Under the pieces are notes generated by a model. That model did no database searches and was not told the DNA's origin. It was given only the letters and a program-made list of their open reading frames with translations. Source: Bacteroidota bacterium (GTDB lineage Bacteria; Bacteroidota; Bacteroidia; Bacteroidales; VadinHA17). Taken from it: a stretch of DNA of 58,954 nucleotides. Positions 23,124 to 31,808 of this stretch are shown piece by piece (the stretch's first letter is position 1; each line of letters begins with the position of its first letter). The stretch covers positions 1 through 58,954 of the forward strand of contig DQWH01000161.1 in NCBI GenBank assembly GCA_011042635.1. Reading direction: 5' to 3'. The position numbers were made by a program, and so were the translations under genes.

Positions 23124-26100
23124 ATGGGAAGAAGCGGCATTATTCTGAAGTATGCCCGGCTGGGACTTTTGTTGATCAGCCACGTGGCCAGGGGACAGGT
23201 ACCAGGAACGGAGAATGTACATCTGTTTTCCGTAAACGAGGGTTTGTCGCAGTCACGTGTAAATGCCGTAGAGGTCGACCACCATGGATTTCTGTGGGTG
23301 GGTACGGAAGACGGCCTGAATCGCTATGACGGCTACAATTTCAGAATATACCGGCATTCTATGGCCGACAGCCAGTCGGTTTCCAGTAACTACATCTATT
23401 CCCTTTCTTCTTCTGAAGAAGGTGCCATTTATATGGGTACCCGGAACGGACTGAACATTTACCACGAAAAAACCGGGAAATTTTCCGTTTTGTTGCCCGG
23501 TGAACAGGAGAACGAAGGCCTGGCAGGAAAAACGGTTTATGCCGTCAGGGTTTCTCCCCGTGGATACGTGTGGGTACGCACCTCCGAGCATATACAGCGT
23601 TACTGGCCTGGTACCGGCGATTTTGAAACTTATCGTCTTCCTGCCGAAGCATATGTATACACAAAGAGAAAAGTTCCGGAAGCCATGGCAGAATGTCCCG
23701 ACGGTCGCTTTTTTATCGGGGCCGGGAATGGAGTATATCTCCTGAAGCCTGAAAACAAAGCATGGGAAATGATCCCGGAAGGTCCGGTCCGTAAGGTAAC
23801 TGCCTTGTATCCGGAGGGAGACAGCATTCTTTGGATCGGTACACGCGGTGGATTGTACCGCTATATATTTAAAAACCGGCGCCTGGAGAGTATCGGAAAG
23901 AAAGAGAAAATCACAGGCGTGCTGACACTGTGTATGGATACGGCCCGTCGAATGTGGGTGGGAACACAGCACGGCCTGTTCCGGGTGGATGCTTCACGGA
24001 GCCGGTCGGTTCCGCTTTATCAGATATCTTACGGGGGAAATCTGCTCGATATTACGAACGTGTATGATATCGTATGCGACAAATCGATGATCCTGTGGTT
24101 CGCAGTACAGGGCGGAATTGTCAAATATGACCTCAAGCCAGGAAAATTTATTAAGTACAACCGCTCACCACAGAGTTATACCGGTATGTGCGGTTTGAAC
24201 ATTTCTGCCATCCTGGAAGATACGGAAGGGCGCATATGGGTGGCTTCCTACGGAAACGGAGTGGATGTGATTGACAGAAAGCAGAACAGGATTGTGCGGC
24301 ATTACGGAACCGGATCAGGGCGAAGAATACAGAGTAATGATGTACGGGTGCTCTGGATGGACGGAAGCGGGAACATATGGCTGGGTACTGACCGTGGACT
24401 GGAAGTTTGTTATCAGGGAAGCAGAAGTTTTATCCCGTTTACCGTTCCCGTGCAGGATCACGGGACTGAATCCATGGCTGACAAAATGATCCACTGCATG
24501 ATGGAAGACAGTAACGGAATGATCTGGATGGGTGCCGACAGGGGAGTTTTCAGGTATTCTCCGAAAAGCGGAAAACTGATAAAGATATTTCCTCCTGCCG
24601 GTGAAGAAACAGAAGAATGGGAAGAACATGTGTTCAGCATGGTGGAGGATCACAGAGGGAACATATGGTTCGGCACAGGGCAGGGTTTGTACCGGCTTGA
24701 TTACCAGTCGGCGCGGCTGGATCATATAGCAATATCGGGTACGGAAGGCATGAACCTGCCGCAGCAGGTGCAGGTGCTGAGCCTTGTCGTTTCCGGAGAC
24801 AGTGTGCTCTGGGCAGGTACTCACCTGGGTCTGTACCGCCTGGATATGCAGGCCATGCCGTTTGTGATGGGAAAGGACTTGAATCTTAACGAAAACGATC
24901 TGATAAATACCATCTTACAGGATAAAAAGGGTTGCCTGTGGCTGAGTACCAACCGGGGACTGATCATGTATGAGCCTTCCGAAGGGCAGTGGAAGCATTT
25001 TGATTTCACCGACGGGTTGCAGAGCAATGAATTTAATCTCGGAGCAGGGTACCGCTCTGCTTCGGGGGAAATGTTCTTCGGCGGAATACTCGGGTTCAAT
25101 TCTTTTTATCCTGATTCCATTGCTGTCAACACCCATATCCCCGAAGTGGCCATAACCCGGGTGGATCTTTTTACATCGGGCAGGTTGGCGGAAACCATTC
25201 TGGATGTTCCGGAATTACTGACCCTGAGTCCGCGGCACACATCATTCACCCTTCATTTTGCATCTCTTGATCTGACAAATCCCCGGAAAAACTTGTTCGA
25301 ATACAAACTGGAAGGATATGACGAGGAATGGATCAGGTTGCAGGGCAGGCCTGAGGTTACTTATTCCAATCTTCCATACGGAAAATATGTATTCAGAGTG
25401 AAGGGATCAAACAGTGATCACCTGTGGAATACGGAAGGGAAATCCCTGCAGGTAGTGGTCAGGACATCGGTGTTTCGTACACGCACCGCCGTTGGCCTTT
25501 ATATTCTGGTGGGCATGTTCTGGCTGTATATGTTCTTCAGGATCCGCACCCGCGAATTGCGAAGAGCCAATCAGTACCTAAAAGAAAAGGAACTGGCGGT
25601 TATTGAACTGGCCAGGCAGAAGGAAGAACTCAGTATCAAGAACAAGAATATTACCGACAGCATCAGTTATGCGCAGAAAATTCAGGAAGCCATGCTTCCT
25701 TCAGCCATGCTGTTCAAACAGATCCTTCCCGATTCTTTTATCCTGTTCAAACCCAAGGACATTGTCTCGGGCGATTTTTACTGGGTGAACCGGAAGGATG
25801 ATCATATATTCATCGCGGCGGTGGATTGCACCGGTCACGGAGTGCCGGGGGCTTTGATGTCGATGATCGGATTCGAACTGATCAGGAATATTATCAATGT
25901 GCAAAATATCATGGAACCTGCCCGGATACTCGACAAACTGAACAAAGGTATTTCGGAGGCATTTAACAAGGAAGTGGAAAGAATCACCCTGAAGGACGGT
26001 ATGGACCTTTCTTTTTGCGCCATTGATACCAGAAAACAGTTGCTTCAGTTTGCCGGGGCTTTTAATTCGGTGTATCTGGTCCGGGATGAAACCATTACTG

Positions 26101-26408
26101 AACTGAAAGGAGACCGGTTGTCTGTCGGACTGGCTGAAGATCCGGAGAAGGACAAATTCAGAAATCACATCATCCCTCTCGAACCAAACGATGTGATCTA
26201 TATGTTTACTGACGGGTATGTGGACCAGTTCGGAGGGCCCCGAGAGAAAAAATTTATGTATCGCCGTTTCAGGCATTTATTGCTTACCATTCACAAGCTG
26301 CCCATGGAGGAACAGCACATGATCCTGGACGAAACTATTGAACACTGGAAAGGCGATAATGAGCAGGTGGACGATATCCTGGTAATCGGTTTCAGGCCGG
26401 GAACCTGA
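23124..26408 (+). CDS. Sensor protein: periplasmic two-component-regulator-type beta-propeller repeats plus a Y_Y_Y-like region, one TM helix, and a cytoplasmic PP2C/SpoIIE-type Ser phosphatase
   Basis: Repeated ...WVGT..GL.RY... propeller blades through about residue 700. TM helix TAVGLYILVGMFWLYMFF starts at 25485, followed by a coiled coil. The C-terminus carries SpoIIE-like motifs (SGDFYWV, AVDCTGHGVPGA, DGMD, FTDGYVDQ, DDILVIGF). Confidence 0.85.
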   Translation: MGRSGIILKYARLGLLLISHVARGQVPGTENVHLFSVNEGLSQSRVNAVEVDHHGFLWVGTEDGLNRYDGYNFRIYRHSMADSQSVSSNYIYSLSSSEEGAIYMGTRNGLNIYHEKTGKFSVLLPGEQENEGLAGKTVYAVRVSPRGYVWVRTSEHIQRYWPGTGDFETYRLPAEAYVYTKRKVPEAMAECPDGRFFIGAGNGVYLLKPENKAWEMIPEGPVRKVTALYPEGDSILWIGTRGGLYRYIFKNRRLESIGKKEKITGVLTLCMDTARRMWVGTQHGLFRVDASRSRSVPLYQISYGGNLLDITNVYDIVCDKSMILWFAVQGGIVKYDLKPGKFIKYNRSPQSYTGMCGLNISAILEDTEGRIWVASYGNGVDVIDRKQNRIVRHYGTGSGRRIQSNDVRVLWMDGSGNIWLGTDRGLEVCYQGSRSFIPFTVPVQDHGTESMADKMIHCMMEDSNGMIWMGADRGVFRYSPKSGKLIKIFPPAGEETEEWEEHVFSMVEDHRGNIWFGTGQGLYRLDYQSARLDHIAISGTEGMNLPQQVQVLSLVVSGDSVLWAGTHLGLYRLDMQAMPFVMGKDLNLNENDLINTILQDKKGCLWLSTNRGLIMYEPSEGQWKHFDFTDGLQSNEFNLGAGYRSASGEMFFGGILGFNSFYPDSIAVNTHIPEVAITRVDLFTSGRLAETILDVPELLTLSPRHTSFTLHFASLDLTNPRKNLFEYKLEGYDEEWIRLQGRPEVTYSNLPYGKYVFRVKGSNSDHLWNTEGKSLQVVVRTSVFRTRTAVGLYILVGMFWLYMFFRIRTRELRRANQYLKEKELAVIELARQKEELSIKNKNITDSISYAQKIQEAMLPSAMLFKQILPDSFILFKPKDIVSGDFYWVNRKDDHIFIAAVDCTGHGVPGALMSMIGFELIRNIINVQNIMEPARILDKLNKGISEAFNKEVERITLKDGMDLSFCAIDTRKQLLQFAGAFNSVYLVRDETITELKGDRLSVGLAEDPEKDKFRNHIIPLEPNDVIYMFTDGYVDQFGGPREKKFMYRRFRHLLLTIHKLPMEEQHMILDETIEHWKGDNEQVDDILVIGFRPGT

Positions 26409-26413
26409 CTTCT

Positions 26414-28141
26414 CTAATTTCCGGAAAGCAGGTTTTCTATCTTCTCAATCAGTTCTTCCATCTGGAAGGGTTTACTGATGTATTCATCCATGCCCGAAGA
26501 AAGGCAGGTTTCCTTGTCGCCCAGCAGGGCATTGGCCGTTATGGCAATAATGGGAACATGCGAATGGGTGCTTGATTCCAGTTCTCTTATTTTCTGTGTG
26601 GTGATCAGGCCGTCCATGACGGGCATCTGAATGTCCATGAGAATGATATCGTATTTCGTTGTTCCGAACTTGTCAAGGGCTTCTTTTCCGTTATTGGCCA
26701 CATCGATGTTACGTACCACTTTCTGCAGGCTGAGCTGAACAATTTTCTGATTGATCAGGTTGTCTTCCACCAGAAGCACATTGGCGTCTTTGAGTTCGGT
26801 TTTGGTCTGGCCGGGGTGCTTCACCAGGTAAAGGTGTGACACTTTTTCCTGTCCGGTTTCGGGTAGTTTTTCCTGAACAACCTTCTGAAAAGGCAGATTG
26901 AACCGTATATGGGTTTGATCCTTACCGATCTCTACTTCGATCTTTCCCTCCCCGGCCTCAACCAGCCTTCTGGCCACTCCCAGGTCAATCATTCTGGAGT
27001 TATTATTTTCCGCAGGCAGGGAATATAGCGAGAGGTTCAATCTTTTTCCCGCTGTTACCTCAAAATTTACGGCGAGCCGGTTCTGCTCGCTGTCTCCCGG
27101 AATGGCCTTTATCGAAGCCTGTAGCTCTCCGTCGCCCCACCCCTGGATCATATTCTCGATAAGGTTCAGAATGATCTGCCGGAGACGAATGGCATTTCCC
27201 TTCAGCCGGGGGGGTAGCTCCGAAGAAACCTCAATATGGATCTTGACCTTATGGGGATCGCGGCCGGTAAAAAATTCCACGGTGTTTTCCAGGCTTTTCT
27301 GCAGGTCAAACACCGCATCTTGCTTGCCCGTTTCCGTAATTTCAATGCTCGAAACCTTGGCAATGTTATTAACGATATCAACCAGGTTGTTGGTGCTGGC
27401 AATCAGAGTGTCGAGCAGTTCTTTCTGTTTCTCTCCCAGATTCGATTCGGAAAGAATATTTCCCAGCACCACAATATTATTCAGGGGGGTCCTGATCTGA
27501 TGAGAAAGTTTGGAGATGAATTCATCCCTGTTCCGCTTCTATTTCTTTACTTCCTCCACCGATTTCTCCAGCTTACTGACAGTCAGTAATTTAAGATATT
27601 CGTATGCATAGGTGATGATCAGCAGGAAGACGTATATTATCACAAAGCGGAATTTTATATTGGATGGAGTGTGGGAAGAAAGGACAAAGTCGGACGGCAG
27701 CAACATGGAAATTATCAGCAATCCAAGATATGCGAAAGTAAGAACGGTTCCTGTTCCTTTGCCCAGAAGCAGGAGCAGCATGGCGGGGACAAGCAGCGAC
27801 CAGAGATATCCCAGGTGATGAAATTCTCCCTGAATAAAAAGGAAAATACCCAGAGCCATTAAGATAGTGCTGAAAACCACTTTCCCAGGCCGGTAAGAGG
27901 GCCGTGTGTTGATTAGCAGGAGGTTGCCGCCTATCAGTATAAAACCGGCCAGATCCACCACGGCGTTCAGGTAGTAACCCTTTATAAAAGAATAGATGGA
28001 ATAGGCTCCCAGCAGAATGAGAATGCAGATGCTGAGAAGGATCAGGATCAACCGACCGGCGGAATGCCTGGAATGACCCACCTGTGCCTCAGCCATTTTC
28101 CTGTACAGATAATCGTTAATCCTTGGTCGAAGATTTTTCAT
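26414..28141 (-). pseudogene. Hybrid sensor histidine kinase / response regulator (multi-TM sensor, HisKA, degenerate HATPase, REC) interrupted by one in-frame TAG at 27539..27541
   Basis: ORFs 27539..28141 (TM domain ending ...LEKSVEEVKK) and 26414..27472 are in the same frame. The 66 nt between them read KRNRDEFISKLSHQIRTPLNNI, an H-box with its His codon at 27500..27502. The REC domain (LLVEDN...ILMDIQMP...KP) is intact. Confidence 0.75.
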
Positions 28142-28336
28142 CCTTTTGCAGGTTCTTCCTGATGGCCGAAAAATATAAAGATATTTAAAAAAATTGAAAG
28201 AGAAAGCTCATTATTTATTCGGTCCATGTTGGAAATATTCCGGAGAATTCGCCGTCTGAACCTGTGAGCAGGAAAATATTGAAAATCTTTCTGAAAATTG
28301 TTATATTTTCGTGATTGAAAGAGGAGGAAAGAAGCT

Positions 28337-29035
28337 ATGAGAAAGTTTATGGTTCACTGTATTGCGATGATGCTGGTGAGCATCGCATTATGTGAGGCAC
28401 AGGAGAGTGACAGTGTCCGGAGGATGGTTAAATACACTCCCGATTACCAGTTCCGGGAAGGTATCTATCTGAATTTCGAACAGGTGAGGAACAACAATCC
28501 CCTTCCCAAATCGAGAATTCTGACATCGGTAGATTATTCCGACAGGGATTTTTTCCAGAAACTACTCGCGGAGGAGACCATTCAGTATTTCGATGATTTC
28601 GGCATGCGGAAAGAAGTGGAAACAGAGGATATATGGGGTTACTCAAAAAACGGGGTGTTATATATCGGTCTCGGCGGCGGGTTTCATCGCATTACCGTGA
28701 TCGGTTCAATCTGTCATTTTCTGGCATCCATCATTTCATATGAAGGACAGTACTATGATCCGTATTACAATCGCTACGCTTTTTATGATTATTATTACTA
28801 TAACCGCAGACCCGACAACTATACGAAAACGGAAGTGAGGCAGTTCCTGCTGGATTTCGAAACCGGTGAGGTGGTTGATTACGACGTAACCAATCTGGAA
28901 GTGATATTGATGAAGGATCCGGAACTGCATGACGAATATACCGCTCTCCGGCACAGGAAAAAGAAACAGCAGAAATTTCTTTTCATCCGGCGTTTTAATG
29001 AAAGAAATCCCGTATATCTGCCGGCGGTAGATTAA
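28337..29035 (+). CDS. Hypothetical secreted protein with a Tyr-rich low-complexity segment
   Basis: Signal-peptide-like N-terminus (MLVSIALCEAQ) and YYDPYYNRYAFYDYYYYNRR. I recognise no family. Confidence 0.6.
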   Translation: MRKFMVHCIAMMLVSIALCEAQESDSVRRMVKYTPDYQFREGIYLNFEQVRNNNPLPKSRILTSVDYSDRDFFQKLLAEETIQYFDDFGMRKEVETEDIWGYSKNGVLYIGLGGGFHRITVIGSICHFLASIISYEGQYYDPYYNRYAFYDYYYYNRRPDNYTKTEVRQFLLDFETGEVVDYDVTNLEVILMKDPELHDEYTALRHRKKKQQKFLFIRRFNERNPVYLPAVD

Positions 29036-29083
29036 CCAGCTGAGAAGATGGTATTGATTTATGAATCCGTTAACCGACCTGTT

Positions 29084-29938
29084 ATGAATAAATTATTTTT
29101 CCTGATTTTTCCGATCTTCCTGTTTTTTGCGGGCACATCTTTTTCACAGGCTCCCTTTCCCACGTCCGAAGAAGCCGGCCGGATTCCTCAAATTACAACC
29201 ATGGTGGTGCTGGAAAACAATATGTTTTCATCATACAATATTTACGTGAAGGACGCCATGGAGCGGAACTGGACACTTACTCCCTTTGAATTTATTTCCA
29301 CCGCGGAATTCGAAAATCTCCGGAAAGATCCCGATTACGGATTTCTGGTCCTTACCGGAACCAGTTTTGAACGGGATAAAGGGCATGTGTATTATAACTT
29401 CCTGAATTTCCTTCTTGGAAAGGATGTAAGAAAGATAGAAGAAATGCCCGAGCTCTGTTCATTCCCGCTTTCATATTCTGAGGCCGATGAGGACGAGTAT
29501 GTGTACAAGCTGGACCTGGTCATCCGGTTTATGCAACAACATGCGGAAATGATCATGAAAGATCCTTCCGTTACGGCGTTGCAGTATCTTACCTATTACA
29601 ACCGAAATACGCCCGAACTGGTGAACAAAACCCTTCTTCTGGAAGAGGATAATCTGGCTGAAGATGTAGACACCGGGGAGGAGATTCAGGAACTGATTGA
29701 CCACACTTTCCGGATAGTCAGCAGGGAGGAAATCGAAGCGGCCATTACGGAAAAAAGACCTAACACTGTGATCCTTCACAAAGTGGGGCCTGAAAACAAA
29801 AGCAATACGGGACGTACATATAAAGTGCTGATCGGTTGCGACGATGCCAGGGTGTACTATTTCAATTACCACACCATCAACAGGAGAAATCCCGACGGAT
29901 TTCTGAAGAGCGACTTCCGGCGGATCGGCAGATACTGA
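29084..29938 (+). CDS. Hypothetical secreted protein
   Basis: MNKLFFLIFPIFLFFAGTSFSQ signal peptide from the internal ATG at 29084 (tracked ORF starts at 29048). I recognise no family. Confidence 0.6.
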   Translation: MNKLFFLIFPIFLFFAGTSFSQAPFPTSEEAGRIPQITTMVVLENNMFSSYNIYVKDAMERNWTLTPFEFISTAEFENLRKDPDYGFLVLTGTSFERDKGHVYYNFLNFLLGKDVRKIEEMPELCSFPLSYSEADEDEYVYKLDLVIRFMQQHAEMIMKDPSVTALQYLTYYNRNTPELVNKTLLLEEDNLAEDVDTGEEIQELIDHTFRIVSREEIEAAITEKRPNTVILHKVGPENKSNTGRTYKVLIGCDDARVYYFNYHTINRRNPDGFLKSDFRRIGRY

Positions 29939-29964
29939 TGTAAAATGCATTAATACCAGTTGCT

Positions 29965-30321
29965 ATGGAAGTTATTGATCCCCGAACTACCGAGGAAAGG
30001 AACTGGGCCATGTTCTGCCATCTTGCGGCACTGGCGGGTTATATTATTCCTTTTGGGAATGTTATTGGTCCTCTGATCGTATGGGTGTTGAAAAGGGAAG
30101 AATCCCCGTTTGTTGATTTCCACGGGAAAGCCGCTGTAAATTTTCAGATATCCATGACCCTGTATCTTATTCTTGCGGCTATGTTGATTATCCTGTTGAT
30201 CGGCATATTCATGCTGATTGCCCTTGGAATATTGAATCTGATCCTGGTGATCATTGCCTCGGTCAGGGCAAATAGCGGCGAGTATTTTGAATATCCCCTC
30301 AGTATTCGGTTTATACAGTAG
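29965..30321 (+). CDS. DUF4870-like small membrane protein
   Basis: 118 aa. NWAMFCHLAALAGYIIPFGNVIGPLIVWV... followed by further TM helices resembles the DUF4870 family. Confidence 0.6.
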   Translation: MEVIDPRTTEERNWAMFCHLAALAGYIIPFGNVIGPLIVWVLKREESPFVDFHGKAAVNFQISMTLYLILAAMLIILLIGIFMLIALGILNLILVIIASVRANSGEYFEYPLSIRFIQ

Positions 30322-30346
30322 GGTTTCAGCCTGGCGGAATTTCTCT

Positions 30347-30354
30347 TATCTTTG
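30347..30354 (+). promoter_or_regulatory. Candidate -7 promoter element TAtcTTTG upstream of hisS
   Basis: Exact TAnnTTTG match 17 nt before the ATG at 30372. This argues against the tracked GTG start at 30354. Confidence 0.45.
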
Positions 30355-30371
30355 TGCCCAAATCAGATGGC

Positions 30372-31739
30372 ATGAGCAAGGAAAAGGCATCTCTTCCGAA
30401 AGGAACACGTGATTTTACCCCTGATCAGATGATCAGGAGAAATTATATTTTTCATACCATTACCGAAATTTTTCAGCGGTACGGTTTCCTTCCCATTGAA
30501 ACCCCTGCCATGGAAAACCTGTCTACCCTGCTGGGTAAATACGGAGAGGAAGGCGACAGGTTGCTTTACAAAATACTGAATTCGGGCGATTTTCTGAAGG
30601 CGCTGGATAAGGCCGACTGGAAAGATCCGGACCCGGCTTCCATTTCTATGAAAATATGCGACCGGGGATTAAGATATGACCTGACCGTGCCCTTTGCCCG
30701 CTTCGTGGTGCAGCACAGGAGTGAGATCCCTTTCCCGTTCAGGAGGTATCAGATACAGCCCGTATGGAGGGCCGACAAACCCCAGCGTGGCCGTTACCGC
30801 GAATTCTACCAGTGTGATGTGGATGTGGTGGGAAGCGATTCCCTGCTGAATGAGGTGGAAATGATCCAGATCATTGATGAGGTTTTTACCGGTCTGGGAA
30901 TTTCCGTTACCGTGAAACTGAACAACCGAAAGATCCTGGCCGGAATGGCCGAAGTGATAGAACAATCGGAAAGACTGACCGATATTACGGTGGGTCTGGA
31001 CAAGGTGCAGAAAATAGGTGTGGAAAACGTGAAGAAGGAATTGCTGTCAAAGGGAATTCCGGCTGCTTCAGTGGAAAAACTGAATCCGGTGTGGGATTTG
31101 AGAGGCTCCATTGACATGAAGCTGAAAACGATGAAGGAATTTCTTGCCGGATCGGAAACGGGTATGCAGGGGATAAAGGAAACAGAGGAAGTGTTGGATT
31201 TTCTGAAGCCTCTGGAAATGGTTTCCCGTTTGGAAGTGGATATGACCCTGGCACGCGGCCTGGATTATTATACCGGAGCCATTATCGAGGTGGTGGCCGA
31301 CGATATGGAAATGGGCAGTTTGTGCGGGGGTGGCCGCTACGACAACCTCACGGGAGTATTCGGAATGGAAGGCATGTCGGGTGTGGGTATTTCATTTGGT
31401 GCCGACCGCATTTACGATGTGATGGAACATTTCAGCCTGTTTCCCGATGAGGCGGTTCATTCTACCCGTTTGTTGTTCATCAATTTCGGTGCGAGGGAAG
31501 CTGCCTACTGTCTGGATCTTCTGAAAAAGATACGCCGGGCAGGTATTCAGGCAGAATTGTATCCCGATGCCGTTAAGATTAAAAAACAGATGACGTATGC
31601 CCATAACCGGGGGATCCCGTTTGTTGCCCTGGTGGGGGAGGAAGAGATGAAAGAGGGGGCGGTGGCTCTGAAAAATATGGCCACAGGGGATCAGAGCAAA
31701 CTATCGCTTACTGCATTGATTTCCGAACTCAGAAGATGA
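30372..31739 (+). CDS. hisS: Histidine--tRNA ligase
   Basis: Class II HisRS motifs LRYDLTVPFARF, YQIQPVWRADKPQRGRYREFYQCD and GGGRYD. Confidence 0.95.
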   Translation: MSKEKASLPKGTRDFTPDQMIRRNYIFHTITEIFQRYGFLPIETPAMENLSTLLGKYGEEGDRLLYKILNSGDFLKALDKADWKDPDPASISMKICDRGLRYDLTVPFARFVVQHRSEIPFPFRRYQIQPVWRADKPQRGRYREFYQCDVDVVGSDSLLNEVEMIQIIDEVFTGLGISVTVKLNNRKILAGMAEVIEQSERLTDITVGLDKVQKIGVENVKKELLSKGIPAASVEKLNPVWDLRGSIDMKLKTMKEFLAGSETGMQGIKETEEVLDFLKPLEMVSRLEVDMTLARGLDYYTGAIIEVVADDMEMGSLCGGGRYDNLTGVFGMEGMSGVGISFGADRIYDVMEHFSLFPDEAVHSTRLLFINFGAREAAYCLDLLKKIRRAGIQAELYPDAVKIKKQMTYAHNRGIPFVALVGEEEMKEGAVALKNMATGDQSKLSLTALISELRR

Positions 31740-31771
31740 TATACGACATATGGTTATCCGGGCAAACCTGT

Positions 31772-31779
31772 TAGCTTTG
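31772..31779 (+). promoter_or_regulatory. Candidate -7 promoter element TAgcTTTG upstream of hutH
   Basis: Exact TAnnTTTG match 29 nt before the ATG at 31809. Confidence 0.45.
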
Positions 31780-31808
31780 TTTTTTGTTTGCCTAATCCGC
31801 CTCGTATT

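Noticed and set aside
27539-27541. The in-frame TAG in the hybrid kinase as evidence of amber codon reassignment (alternative genetic code or Pyl).
   Set aside because: TAG cleanly terminates rplP (10204..10206), rpmJ (17309..17311), the small basic ORF (51719..51721) and the LysE gene (58750..58752) at the expected protein ends, so the standard code applies.
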